Shown one piece after another: positions 12,001 through 25,189 of a stretch of DNA of 64,000 nt; the first letter of the stretch is position 1, and each line of letters begins with the position of its first letter. A program made the translations under genes and the position numbers. Below the pieces are notes generated by a model. It saw only the letters and a list, made by a program, of their open reading frames with translations, had not been told where the DNA came from and made no database searches. The stretch is from NCBI GenBank assembly GCA_965655095.1, contig OZ296655.1:81344001-81408000 (forward strand), read 5' to 3'. The stretch comes from Haplodiscus bocki. Its lineage: Eukaryota.

Positions 12001-14399
12001 ACATCTTTGATTCAAAAGACTAAGCAAAAACCGACTGAAATCTTTGACCTTACTGAATCATTACTTTTTCTTACATAATTAAAAATTTGTGGCGAAAATT
12101 TTTAATTTTTACAGTGACGCCAGTCTATGTCTTCCAGCCGACACCACGTGATTCTTGGCTTGGACCGAAATTTTGGTATTTCTCAGCAATTCTCCATTAC
12201 CAATGAAGGTAGCATTCGGGCTGTGCATGCGTTGTCAAATCTTTTGGTCGGATTTTGGTGGCGCCTGGGATCGCGGTTCAAATGTCTCGAGATGTGTAGT
12301 AAAAGTGGGTTGTGAGAGTTGTCCCTCGATCACCTTGTGTCCTTGAACCACTAGCTTTTTGTCTTGAACGACTTTCACGGCGGCTTAACGAGGGCTCAAG
12401 CATCGTTTTTATCCGAAAACTGGACTTGGGGTTCGACCACAATTGAAGGAGGCAATGCTCTTGCTGCGTTAATCTTTTTCATTTGACTAGAAATATGGGG
12501 GAAGGAGAAGTGGTTTGGTCATTTACTGGTGGACGTTCATTCACTGGAACGTCATGATGGTCTTCAAGTCCTGCAAGCAGTGCCGAGTCAATCTTGCACC
12601 GATTTCATAGTATTACGCTAAGTAGAGCTCTATGGTCAAAAATTCTTTGAAAATGAGCTCCCAAAGTCTTCATTTTTCCATACAATGGCAATCAAAACCA
12701 ACTCCTTTTTGAACGTCAAATTTCTGATAATGTGGGAAGTCGTGATCTTGAGTAGATTTATCTTTGGTCCCCGACTCGCTTTTTTGTTGCAAGACGGTCG
12801 CCAGTTCCCTTTCCCAGACGTTCAGAAAAAATGAACTGGAGCTAAACGTTTGAAATTAGTTACGTTGACTACCCTTTTTACTTTTTCGTTCGATCGTAGA
12901 ACGCCGGCGACTGATGGTGCTGTAAAATCCAATTGAAATTTGGAAATTGAATATGTGGTAGGAAAAGATAACACAGTTTTGCTAGATGCGTGATAAATTT
13001 GGTGATTTGAGAAAGAGCACCCGGATGTGATTTCTACTCTGTCATGATTTCTTTTTGCGTTTCAGTCTATCACTGTTCGCTGGAACTCTCGCATTCAACA
13101 GCTCTAAACTGGAGCACCACAACCAAAACCAAACCAATTTTTTTCTTCTTTCTTTTTGTTTTTTGAACCTGAATCGGATATTTGACTCATTTAACATGTT
13201 CAGGACGATTCGCATGCTATTTATTTTTTCCTCTCACAATTTTTTTGTTACCACAAATATGTCATCAATGAACTCGTGCGTATTAAAGATGCTTTTAAAT
13301 TAATTATCCACAGTTTTTGAAACCCCATTATCAGAGTGATTGGGCCGTTAAATCCCGTTCTGAGCCCATATGTTCTCGTTGCCTCACGGACAATTCATGG
13401 AAAGTTGCATTGTTTGGAAGTCTTGGTAACAAGGGCAACCTGACTCTACTCATTAAGCATATTTTCTCCTCCAAAAATTCAAACAAACAGTTGAAAAAGG
13501 AATTTAAAAATTTTCTTCAGCTGTAACCGTCTTTAACGCTCGAGCATTCTTGGCATTGTGACGCTTTTGTCATCTGATGCTGTTATGACTGTTGGGTGAA
13601 TAAAAACTGAGTGAATAACTCCAATGATTTGTTCTATGCAAGTTTTCTTCAAAACAATCGGGCACTTTCGTTTTTGACGGACTCCTGTAAACATAATGAT
13701 ACGCAGCCTCTTTTTTGTATAATTTTTGCTTTTTGATGATTTTAATTTGATTTCGTTAGTTTTTAGTACGACTGCGTCACCTAAACCGCTTGCAAAGATC
13801 AAACTTTAACCGTCCGCTAATTAACTTTTTGTCTTCCTTCGACATGGATATTTCACGTTACTTGGACTAAGGTGAGAAACGGACTCACATGTAATGAATC
13901 AATTCGTTGATGTGAATTAATTTTTTAGGGCTGTCATCCAATGATGTCTACAAGGAAATGTTCTTGGTACAGAGACATTTCTTGTTACTAACAATTTAGC
14001 GCGTTGAACTCTTTCTTCTCCAACTGTTAAAGCCCACCTTTGAAAAGTCGGAGACGGACGCCAGTGTCTCCAATGTGTTGTGGCTTATATCTAATTTTTT
14101 TTAATATGCAAAGGTTTGTCAAACAAAAATTTCAATTGGAGAATCAATTTAGTGTCAGAAATGATAAAAAATCATAGGACAGCCAGAATCAATGCTTACC
14201 TGCAATTCTGCCCCCATCAGTTCTGCCTTTTAATATCCACGCCCCCATCATGGTTACAATTTTACTCTTGCCATTATTGGCACTGCTATGACCGGAGTCC
14301 TCCTTCTCGTCAATGCTATTATCTCGTCGGAAAGATGTCAAAAACTTGTGGGGATTATTGACAAATTTAAAGCAAAAAATTGCAAAGTGTCTCAGCATG

Positions 14400-14990
14400 C
14401 AACATTTATTACAGCGTTTTACCGTAGGCTTGGACTAAGGAAATTGCTTTGGTGTAAAATAGGTCGACCACAGTGAAAGCCCATGTTCGCCTCATTGGAG
14501 ATAGCACACAGAAAAGCAGGTTCAACTTTGACCTTAAACTGAAGTCAGTCGTCTTGCAGATCATACGAAACATGCCTCTTGATGCTTTTTTCGACTGCAA
14601 CGACAAAACTCATTGAACATTTGAGGGAGTCATTAGGCTCGGTACACAAACAATTCTGAACTGACTTGTTATACATATCCAAGAGAAAGATGTCAAACAC
14701 CAAGCCTTCAGTCAATCCGCCAAAACAAGATTTTGCTGGAATCCCAATTGAGGAATTGTAAACTTGCTGTAGATCCTCTGTGATTTCTTGTTTTCGAAAA
14801 GATTCTTGAAAATATCAAGGGTTTGTTACGTTTAACAATGAAAATTTGCCCAATTTTATCGAATTTTTCATTGAAGGGTACCATTAAAACTAAAATTGTC
14901 TCAAGTTTGTCCAATTTATCGTTTCCAACCGCTTGTGCCAAGGATATGAATAGAACGCTTCCGAGAGACAGTGCCCTCAGTAAGACCACC
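14400..14990 (-). pseudogene. A32-like DNA packaging ATPase (frameshifted)
   Basis: FIS/ILGTSG.GK (Walker A across a frameshift), NGT..EKFDKI, LVFD (Walker B-like), downstream VVDL block. Confidence 0.55.
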
Positions 14991-15799
14991 CATGAACGCT
15001 ACCACGCGTGCACAGTCAGTTGTGGGGGTAAGTTCGTTTACGGTGATATAATGTTTGGCCATCATAGCCACAGCGAACAAGTCAAACCCTTTTCCCCATT
15101 CGCAGGCCGGATTTTCGGTAGCCTCACTCCAAAAGATAGATATTGGTAAACTCACAAAAGGTTAGCACCATGTTCTAATGTTATGATCAGTATTGATGAA
15201 AAAAAAATTCGCATCGAACGTTTATTCTGATTGCTTTTCATTTTTTGCACGGGTAACTAACGAGTGTGAAATTCACACTTGAAACAAACTCACACTTGAA
15301 GAGACAGTTAGGTTTGTAGCAGTTTACCGCACCTTCTCGAATCTTCGGGAACCACCGCTAGTTTGTAACTAATTAACGAGCATTTTCTTTTTTTTGTTAT
15401 ACATGGTTGTTTTGCGTCTTTATCGTACAAAAACATTAGAAATTTTGAGCTCCAAATTTAATTTTCTACCTTCCTGGTGTCTCCTTCATTCGTGGGCAAT
15501 TTCACTTTTGCTACTTTCGTCAATGTAGTTGGCATGGATGCAAATCCTGGATCAAATCTGTGGATCTCTCTTTCGACTATCGGATAAACCCTTGCAGTTT
15601 GAGACCCATTAGAATGTCTGTAAAAAGGGGAGTTGAATTTGCCAGGGGGAATTTCATCAGGGAGGTAATGCAGCTTCCACCACGACGGCATTTCGTTTAA
15701 GGAAATTTCCATTTCAGTATATTTAGGAGAAGCTTGGATAATGTAGAAATAAATAATGTGCAATGCAATGAATAGATGTATTTAACACTGAGTTGTTTT

Positions 15800-16800
15800 T
15801 AACTAATGTTTGAAAAATATTTCGTAGATTATTAAAAAACAATTAGTAGATTGCTTGATTAATATTTGGTAATCGTTGGCGAGCAGATGTTGAGTAATAA
15901 TTTGGAGACGCTTGTGAAACTTTGACATAATTAATGCGAAAACTACACATTACAATTTTTAATGATTATCCATGTTTTCATTCCTCGGATTGAATGAGAC
16001 TATGATATTTCAAAAACTGTCATTCAGATTTAAAATGGTCGTTGTAATTAATGAATTGTAAATCTCTAACGAACAAATTTTATAAAGCCACAAACGCTTT
16101 GTGCAGCGTAGAAGTAAATGTTTCCAGTCACGTACACGTTCTTATTCTAGTTTCGAATGCAAAAATTTTCGTGATGAGCTTCAAACTTTCACAATCGAAT
16201 TTCTAACAGAAGACTAAAAAACCAGTGAGTTTCAAATTATTTCTCCAACTTCATTTTTTAAATATTTTTAATTTGGAAAAAAAAGATAAAATTTTGGAAA
16301 ATTAAGCTTAAAATATGCTTTCAGCGACCTTCTCTGTTCAATTTACTTTCACCTTCTGTCCAAAGTTTCTAGCTGCGATGACCTGTATCCAATAGCAACA
16401 GGAAGAAACTGCTTCATTATCAGAAAAAGCTATCCTGACAGGAATACTCTTACGAATTGTCAGACCTTGATAAAATAGGTACTATCCCCAGCCCTGTTTC
16501 TACCTGTTCTGTCTTTTTTTGAAGAAGTTGATTTCTTCCAGCAGATGAAATGATACTTTTTTGGCTCGTTTCTTCACTTTGTTTACCACTGCTCGTCAGT
16601 ATCAACTGTTTAGAACAAAGCACACTTTTCAATAAAAACTCTTGAGATGATGGCGCATGTTTGCCAGTCTAAGTTTGTTTTTACTTCAGGTAATTGTACT
16701 TCCGAGTAATTGCATACTGTTTCGAGTACTATCAAATATTTTTATTATTTCTATATTATTAGATAGTACATTTGCACGCAATTCATCAACTGTAGAATCT
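15800..16800 (-). pseudogene. Possible Polinton major capsid (PY) relic
   Basis: Position after the PZ-like gene and weak motif echoes only. Confidence 0.2.
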
Positions 16801-16853
16801 ATTTGAGTTTCGTGAGCATTAACACCTATGGCGAAATCTCCAACTCTTCCATA

Positions 16854-17720
16854 TTATCGTCTAAGTACTCTTCTGTTTGTTTCGTTGTCTTTCCCATTGA
16901 GTAGAAACAATGATTGTTTTAACATATCAAATGATTCAGAGATCGGGTCTTTTTTTTTGTCAACGAGATCAACTACAAATAAAATAAAAAAAACTGTCAG
17001 TAGAAGTGGTTTCAGAGTTCTGAAATTTTTATCTGATTCCACTGTCGTATATCGATGTAACTGCTTCAATATTAAATTGTAAAGGTCAACTTCGTGTCGC
17101 GTCTGCTATTGAGATCCTTTCGTCATCCTTTAAAAACAAGTCATAAAAACACCAATATGAGTACCTGTGACTATAACTCTAACGAAGGTCTCAGTGGTTC
17201 GCCGATTTTCCGTCAAAGGGGCTCATAATAAATTAACCGGAAAAGCAACGAATAGTTATGGAAAAGTGACGACACAAGTTTCCTGATAATGAAGAATTAA
17301 CCATGCTGATAGCGTTTTAAACTTTTCCAGCAAATCAAGATGCCCCCCTGACGGTGTTTTTGGGGTCGTTCTGGGCTATCAGAGTTTCAATGCAGGGCAC
17401 AAAAAACGGCACTGTTCGCGACAAAAAGCTCTCCATTCGCATCTTGATAAGGGAAGCCTATGTGGTAGTGTTTGTAGTTAACCAAGAGCTTGAATTTCGA
17501 GAAGGATTAATACTAAAAGCACTCTTTGACTTTTTCGGCGGGTAGGATTCCAATGTGAAGAGCAAAATAGAAGAAATAATTGTTTTCAGCCATTTGGTAT
17601 GAAATAATCTTTCCCTTGATGAATTACTCAATTCACTCGTTTATAACAGGGAGAATTTGACCCTGGTTATTGGGAAAAGTGAAGTAACTGCAGTTTTTCG
17701 CCCTTCAGCCTTTCGAAATT
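16854..17720 (-). pseudogene. Polinton minor capsid (PZ)-like relic
   Basis: N-terminal FPNN motif near 17675, AFPVNL near 17240, C-terminal FRTLKPLL...VDLVDKKKDPI (ORF 16854-17069). Confidence 0.4.
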
Positions 17721-18689
17721 CTGACGCGATAAAGTCAACCGATACCAACGATCCAAAACTTGGACGACAATCAAAAAGTTAAACAATGAAGACTGACTTT
17801 TGATAGAAGAAAGCAAGTCGGCAGTTTTGGAGAAACCTAAATTTGAATGTCAAAGGGAAATGTCAAAAACAATAGCCCCAGAACCTGATACGTGGAAGAG
17901 AAGTGATAATAAAATTAATGCTTGCCTATTTTTGAGTACAAAACTTTAGATTGAGACTTTATGAGAGCAATCAAGCATCTAATCCTGGAGAAAAATGAGG
18001 TTAAATATGGACAAACATTTTAAATAAATACAGTTCTTAAACTTTTGCGCACTATTGGGATTTCAGATGTTCCAGCAAAAGCAACTTTGACATAAACTTT
18101 CCGTGTTTTTACGGTTCGCCAAAACTAGGATGTCAACGAAAGCGGATACCGATATTTATAAAAAGTAGTTCACATTTTGACAATCGTAAACAATAGCGGT
18201 ATTGAAGATATAAATTCTTCTTCTTTTCAAGAACATTGGCATTTTTCAACAGTTTTCCCAAAAACTTATTCGACAAATTGGTTCAGGCAATTTTAAAACT
18301 GGAGAGATTTTGGGAAATTAGTATACCACTCATCAAAAAATCCTTAAAACTATCAAAAAAATTCGCTTCCTTTTTGCTGTAAAAAAATTGAAATATTTAT
18401 GGAAGTATCTTAATAACAAAAAAAATGACTAGTAGGCAAACTCAAACGCCCTATATGTTGGCCAAGTTAACACCTCATTGAAGTAAGAAAAGCTCCAAGT
18501 AATCATTGAACTTTGTGTGTCTTGGGTACTTCTGGAAAAAAGTGTCTGATATTGAATTGAAATTTTCTTTCAAACTTAAAACTTCAAAAGAAGGTAACGA
18601 ACTATTTCAGCGAATTTACATCATCAACTGACGTCTTTAAGTAGCAATAATTCCATTGCTCCAATCTTAAATTTAGCCCAAAATTCCAT

Positions 18690-20178
18690 CCGTACTGGCC
18701 AGGTTAATTCCATAGAACCCACCGATGGCCATGAATGTTCAATACGTGGCCACCGGTGGGAAAAGTCAGGAGGCAAATTATTTGGAATTCCAATCATGGC
18801 CATTGGTAGTCCACCGGTGAAACAAACCTGGAAATTTTCGAAAAAAAATAGATTAAGTCACATGACATTCCCGTTTGTCTAATTTTTCATCAAAGTAATG
18901 TACTCCCCAATCCCGAAACTGGAATATTATCTAAAATTCCGGTTATTAACCACAAAACATATCACAAAACAGAAATAAAATCGTAAAACTGTAGATATTA
19001 TTCGCCAGAAATGTTTCTCCCGGAACTGATTTCGAACTTTTTCCTTAGTTGTTTTCTGGCCTCAAAGTATCTAGCATACCTAGAATGCAACAATTTAAAG
19101 AGCCTGTTTATGCACCTGCCAGTGTCGACTCTTTTTGAATCGTCCTGCAAAAACTGCCTAAAATTTAGGTCCAATATTCAACATGATTGACATCTTATTG
19201 TATATAAAAAACTCTGTAATTTTTGTAATTTTTGTTCGGTGCTCGTTCGGTTTTGCTAGGATGTACGGGGATATTCTCATCTTCGTGCCCGTCAGTAACC
19301 CCACCCGCGTCACCTGTTTCGCAGTCGATGGACAAAGACTACAAAAAAACAGTTTTTGGTGTCCTCAAATAGTCCGTTCGGTCGATATCGAAGACGCTTT
19401 AATCTTGTTTTTTGTTGCTTGCCAGTTTATGGCTTTTTTCTATTCTTTTTTGCTAAACTTCACCGGAAGTGTATTCACCTGTTCATTGGTAGCTATTCAG
19501 GTCTCGGTTGGTTTTTAGTCGGCCAGAAAAGACTATGTAAACTGAGTTTTATCGGTCTTGGAATTTTTTCTGATGGAGCTTGAGAGTGACTTATTTGTCT
19601 TTTTTGCTAATTTTTAGGGTCCTATTTATGCACCTGCTCGTTGGTGGTCCTGTCAGTGTCTGCTGTTTTTCAGTCAAAGGACAAAACTACAGATGGAGTT
19701 TTTTTCTGCCCTAAAAGAATCGACCTATCAACATCAACCATTTGAAGTTATTCTTTCCATTTCGATGGAAAATCAGGGTCTGTTTCCGTCTCTACAGTCT
19801 TTTCTGGCAAAAATTTTGAGTTTTTTCATGATTGCAAGATCAAATATGAGGTGCTTTTATTAGTTTTTTTTTCAGTAAAATCAATAAATTACATTTTTGT
19901 TCAAAAACGACATTTTTTTCCAGATCTGGTAGATGCTTCCGTTTCCTATCGGTGGTCCATGGAGGTTTTTATTCCGAGGTAAATGGATTTTTTAGGGCAA
20001 AGGCCGTTTTTGAGAGTGTACAATTCCATTGATGGCCACCGAAGGTCCATCGATGGCCATGACGAAGAGTGGCGCCGGGGCATCGGTGGATCTCCGGTGG
20101 TCCACCGATGGTCCATCAGTGGGAGTGCCCTGGACCACCGATGGCCACCAGTGGGATTCCATGGAGTCTCAGAACAGG
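18690..20178. mobile_element. Non-autonomous TIR element (MITE) with CCACCGATGG subterminal repeats
   Basis: 18708-18732 TTCCATAGAACCCACCGATGGCCAT is an imperfect inverted match to 20141-20166; CCA(C/T)CG(A/G)TGG is repeated at both ends; internal degenerate direct repeats (19310-19390 vs 19657-19737). Confidence 0.65.
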
Positions 20179-20457
20179 CAGTTGTACTTATCTCGAATAT
20201 ATCTTGGAAACTAATGTTTTCATGCTCTTGGTTAAGAAAATCCTTTCAATCAGCGGTTTCATGTCTTGATCTGTTCACAGCTCAACATCCATCCTAGTTA
20301 TGAGCGATTTTTAGCACTTACATTTAACTATAGCACTTCAAAATATTGTCTATTGCAAAATTTAGTGCATAAAATTTCACATGCGATTTTCACCGATTGT
20401 CAGCAAAAGTTGATCAAATAACTACTTGAAGTGACTATTGTTAAAAAGTTCAAGCCA

Positions 20458-20621
20458 NNNNNNNNNNNNNNNNNNNNNNNNNNNNNNNNNNNNNNNNNNN
20501 NNNNNNNNNNNNNNNNNNNNNNNNNNNNNNNNNNNNNNNNNNNNNNNNNNNNNNNNNNNNNNNNNNNNNNNNNNNNNNNNNNNNNNNNNNNNNNNNNNNN
20601 NNNNNNNNNNNNNNNNNNNNN
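20458..20621. other. Assembly gap (164 N)
   Basis: Run of N. Confidence 1.
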
Positions 20622-21298
20622 ACTACCACTGAAATTTGATCTTTGTGACATTGAAATTTCACTGCATAAATGTGACACATGGCATGCAAAAGTTCTGCCA
20701 GGATGATGAGTCAAGATTTATGCTGAGCTGACCCTTGGCATAACGAAGAAATCTACCATTCGCATAACGGGAATAATATAGTACCAGCAAAACGTGTTCA
20801 AATCAGAAATTTCATCTTACAATCATTGCCACGTTCACCATTTATTTGTTACCCATGTAAAGCGATGAAAATAGTACGTTAAACTTGAATCACATATGAA
20901 TCATAAGAAAAATACTTTCTACCTTCTTTCTTTAATGAAACAAAACCTAGCAGCCAGTAGAGGTTGATAAAAATTCGGCGCTAAATGTGTTGAAAAACTA
21001 TCAATCAAAGGATTAGTACGCATTGGGGTTGGTAAATAAATGGTCTAATACTATTAATTTACCAAAAGCGTTGGAGCAGTGCTTTCAATCAAATATTAAT
21101 TTGATGTGTTGCACAGAAAACGTTTTTGTCGATGTTTTAAATTTTTTTTATATAACATGAAGGATCTAATTACAATAAATAACATTATGTTAACATCACA
21201 AGAAAAGAAAAGGTGCTGAGTTCCATCCAAGTGGTTCTCCACCCTAGAAAAATTGTAGATATTTCTGCCAGTTTCTTTGACAATAGCTGCATATTAAA

Positions 21299-21516
21299 CC
21301 CCGGGTTGACGTCCTTACTACTTTCGGCGATAATTATTGAAACTATAGGTTGATTCAACGATTCAGATAGATTCTTCAGAAGGTTTTGGAACTAATAAAT
21401 GATGCAAATTGCATTGACTTCAATGAAGTTCGCTAACTCAGAGCTAAACAGCAATGATCAGTGTTATTACAGAATAAAAATTCAGCTATTATCGGAGCTG
21501 AAACAGCTATTATCGG
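21299..21516. mobile_element. Left part of a CCCGGG-ended, CAGCGCTG-type MITE split by the Gypsy insertion
   Basis: Begins CCCCGGGTTGAC; the ATCGGA(G/A)CTGAA repeat unit resumes at 37028 after the 3' LTR. Confidence 0.55.
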
Positions 21517-23627
21517 TGTCATGCCCTCGCATAATGCAAGTAGGAATTAAATAATATGAATGTGAGAAGACTATGTTCTATGTATGAAGCCTTTATGCAA
21601 TTTATAATCACCTATTACATAGGCCTTCTATGCAGGTTTATAACCAACCGGGTTGAAGTCCCAGAGATAATCAGCGTTGTTTCAGAGTTTTGACGTTTTT
21701 CAGCGTTCATTCAGAGAACATGAAAAACATCAGCCCTGATCAGTGCTGTTCAGAACTGAAAATTTTAGCGCTGTTTCAGAGAGAAACAGCTCTGAATCAG
21801 CGCTCTTTTCTTAGCTCTGAAACAAAGAGTTTTCAGCGCTGAACAGTGCTGATTTATTCGGAATTAGCTTTGATATTAAAACATGCAGATGGGAATATCA
21901 AAATGTGATAACGTTGTCACAGGTGATGAAAGCGCTTGAAGTGGTCATTAAAAGGCATTCCTCGTTTTCAGAAAAAATAAATTCCCACATTATTCTGTAA
22001 AATAACAGCAAAAACATGAAGTACTTGAAATATTCTTCAAAATTCATCCGACTAAACAAGAGAATGCTTTTGAAAAAATGAACCAAATCAGTTTTTTTAC
22101 TTGAGCAGTAACAAAAAACCCAAATTTTCGGGTAATTGTTATAGCTTTTGCCAGCAAAAAAATTGTACAACTAAATTTCTGTTGCCCACTTCGTTTCGCA
22201 AATAGGGCGGAAAATTTGCTTTATGTGCCTCAAAACAGAGGTAATTCCAAAAATTTCGAGAAACATGCAAAATAAACCAAAAATTGTCAATCTCAATCCG
22301 TCAAAAAACAGCGCTCTTTCAGAGGAAACCAGCGCTGTTCAGGTCGGTATCCGCGCTGTTTCAAAAGAAAAAACAGCACTGAAACAGCTCTGTTCCGCGC
22401 TGATTTTAAGCATTGAAAATTTTCATTTTGACCGCTGTTCGGATTTTTTTAGGTAATGAAGAGCACTGAAACAGACCTGAAATCATTCTGAATGAGAATT
22501 GATCATTCTGAATGTCTTTGAGACATTAAACCGGGCACAACACGATATGAAGGCCTCTCTGTACTATTTTTTCTATGCAATCAGTTATGAACGTGATAAT
22601 GCATTTTATGTAATCTAAAGAGCTACATTGACATTATGGTGCACTGTTATACGCTATTGTCACGTTGCTTGTCAAAAACCTTGTGAAACGTTACAGCCAC
22701 ATCGTTAAACACCATCCATTCACTGCAGTATACTTCAGTAGTTAACGAGTTTTCATTCTGCTGCTAGGAGAAATTCTTTCACCCCTAAGCGCTGCTTCAT
22801 TGCTCTCGCAGTGCTCTCTAGCGAGGTGCGCTGTTCTTTCCATACAGCCATAAATTCGAATCAGTTTTAGAGCGCTATATTGAGCTGTGAAAATTGAGCT
22901 GGAATTTATTCATTTTTAAGCATAGCAATATCAAACAATTATGGCCACCACAAACAAGAGACGTCGGTTTGAGGGTAATCAAAGTGCAATTTGTGATGGA
23001 GGCCATAGTAATGGACATGAGACTAGTTTAGCGTTGTCATTTCAGCGTTAACGAAAGTGCTAAAACGAGTAATCAAAGGCTGTTCAGAATAGTGTCACGT
23101 GACCAATTACATCAGTTCACCGCTCAGCACAGGAAGCTCGAGTTTTTAGACCCGCAATACCGCCAAGATACAGCTAGTATGACACAGCTAGTTACCATTG
23201 AATCTCTACTCAGTTATCGTTTATAACGATTAACAGATCTCACTACACGCTAAAATCATCGGAAAAAATTTTAACCCGATTTTGTAAACTCAGCATGCTA
23301 TTTCAAAATACTAACATGGTACTAAAAGATGCGAGCCGAAGGGGTACACCAATTGTTAAAGGAGTAAACACTAACGAAACAGCTGACGAGATTCACAGTT
23401 CGAGTGGTCATGAAACAAAGGATATAAACAGCTCTACCATTAACTTAAGTCTTAACATTACTTACGAGGAGCTAGCAAGACTAATCGAAGCAGCTACTGA
23501 TTCGCTCACTAAACAGTTAGAATTACTCTGCGACTTGATGAAAGATCTCTGTCAAGCACCTCCGAAAATTTTTAAGAAACCACTGGCCTAATAAAAGTCC
23601 GTCGTTGTCCCACAGCAGTAGTTTGCA
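21517..23627 (+). repeat. 5' LTR of element A (interrupted by a MITE)
   Basis: Aligns with 35847-37027 at roughly 70-75% by eye once 21647-22537 is removed. Confidence 0.85.
21647..22535. mobile_element. MITE (889 bp) inserted in the 5' LTR
   Basis: TIRs CCGGGTTGAAGTCCCAGAGATAATCAG and CCGGTTTAATGTCTCAAAGACATTCAG (20/27); CAGCGCTG repeats at both ends; CA duplicated at both flanks; absent from the 3' LTR, which has a single CA. Confidence 0.85.
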
Positions 23628-24720
23628 TTTTTGACAGGTGCCTCAATGAGTCCGCGTTCCGTCATGATGAGAATAAGAATGAGTCCGATGTCGAGACAGA
23701 ACAAACAGATGACATCATCATCCCAAAAGACAACGACGACTTCTCATATTGGAAGTCCCAGAAGATAAATTCCACCCAAATGACTAGTTTAACCAAGCAT
23801 CATGTTGTCACAGCGATCAACAAATTGCCTCACAACCCTCTTTACGACGCATCACTGAGGACCAAAAACTCCACTAGTTCCAGGATCTCATACGTTACGA
23901 AGCAATCACTTTTTGACAAACGCTCCGCATCACTCCCAAAATGACCCTCAAAGATGTACCGGATAAGTACCGAAAAAATTTTGCTAAGGACGATTTAAAC
24001 GAAGTATCTCAAAGTAAAACGCGACCGACTAGTCTATGATTCCTTAAGAGAAAAATTTTCAGAATTCCTGAAAACCCTAAAAAGGACAGCCACAAAAGCG
24101 TTTGGTGACAAATCCACCAGATTCTTGGAAACATTTTTTTTGCAAGAATTTCCCAGTCCAGAAAAAATATGAACTCTCAACTTCAGGCATCATGCAACTC
24201 AGAGGCTTGCTCGGAAGAAACTAAAACCTTCATCTAGAGGCGATTTCAATTCCAACAACTCATCCTGCAAGCAACGGCTTACCATCCATTCAACGAAATG
24301 TCCTTTAACCAGCAACCACGCCAACGATACAAACAAAAAGGGCATCGAATCAGAGATGAACCAAAATTCAACAGATTTTGTCATTAGTGTGGCAAAAGAC
24401 GACACCGTGAACGGAATTTCGCTCGAAAAAATGAAATCAAGCTCAGAAAAAGACACCACAGAAGGAACGGCAGGACCTATGAGAACGACCAAAGTACAAC
24501 GCCCAACGAGTTTGTCAAAACCGTGCTTAAAAAGGCACACATCCACTGATTGCCACCACGAGAGAAAAGGACATTCTGCGTAACGGATGTTACGAAACAC
24601 ACACCAAGTCACGGAAGATGACAAAAATTTTCCAAAGGTTTCCAAAAGAACCCAAAAAACTGGCCAAATTCGTGAAGGTTCCAAATAATCAGCTTATTTG
24701 GCCTAGCCAGAAAGGGAAGA
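23295..24720 (+). pseudogene. gag: gag of element A (starts inside the LTR)
   Basis: ORF 23295-23591 in the LTR, followed by fragments with a decayed zinc knuckle CH*CGKRRHRERNF at about 24380. Confidence 0.65.
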
Positions 24721-25189
24721 CAAAAAGTTTTTAAACTAGATTCGCCACTACATCTACAGCAAAAATCATAAAAAAGTGCGCTTATAGAAACTCATGTAGA
24801 AAGTGTTTTTACCCAAAAATAGAAGAAACGATAAAATTACAAAATCAAAAAACGAAGTCAGTATACAGGAAGAGTGCCGGTACCCTCCGAGGTGAACCCG
24901 TACTGCACTCAAAAAGTACATAATTACACCAAAGACTGAAATCAGTTATCACTTCACCAAAACCTGAATTCATGTCCCCAAGTTGGAAAGCAGAAACACC
25001 GAAGAAATTTTCAGAGGCACACAAGAAGAAAAATATGCTGCACTAGCTGACAATCATCCGACTGACCCAAGTGATCTCAGAACTAACAACGGAGAAGAAG
25101 CATCACGTGAAGACCAATACAACGACAACTGAGGTGCGATTTCTAGCCGCCACGCTAAGACTGAACACCAATAATCGAATAATGTCCAT

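Larger units (their letters stand above)
12100..17800 (-). mobile_element. Second, heavily decayed Polinton/Maverick element
   Basis: Packaging ATPase relic plus capsid-like fragments, all on the minus strand; boundaries approximate. Confidence 0.5.

Noticed and set aside
24199-24684. 161-aa minus-strand ORF (likewise 48221-48778 and 49369-49932)
   Set aside because: Antisense to recognisable plus-strand TE coding sequence; no motifs.
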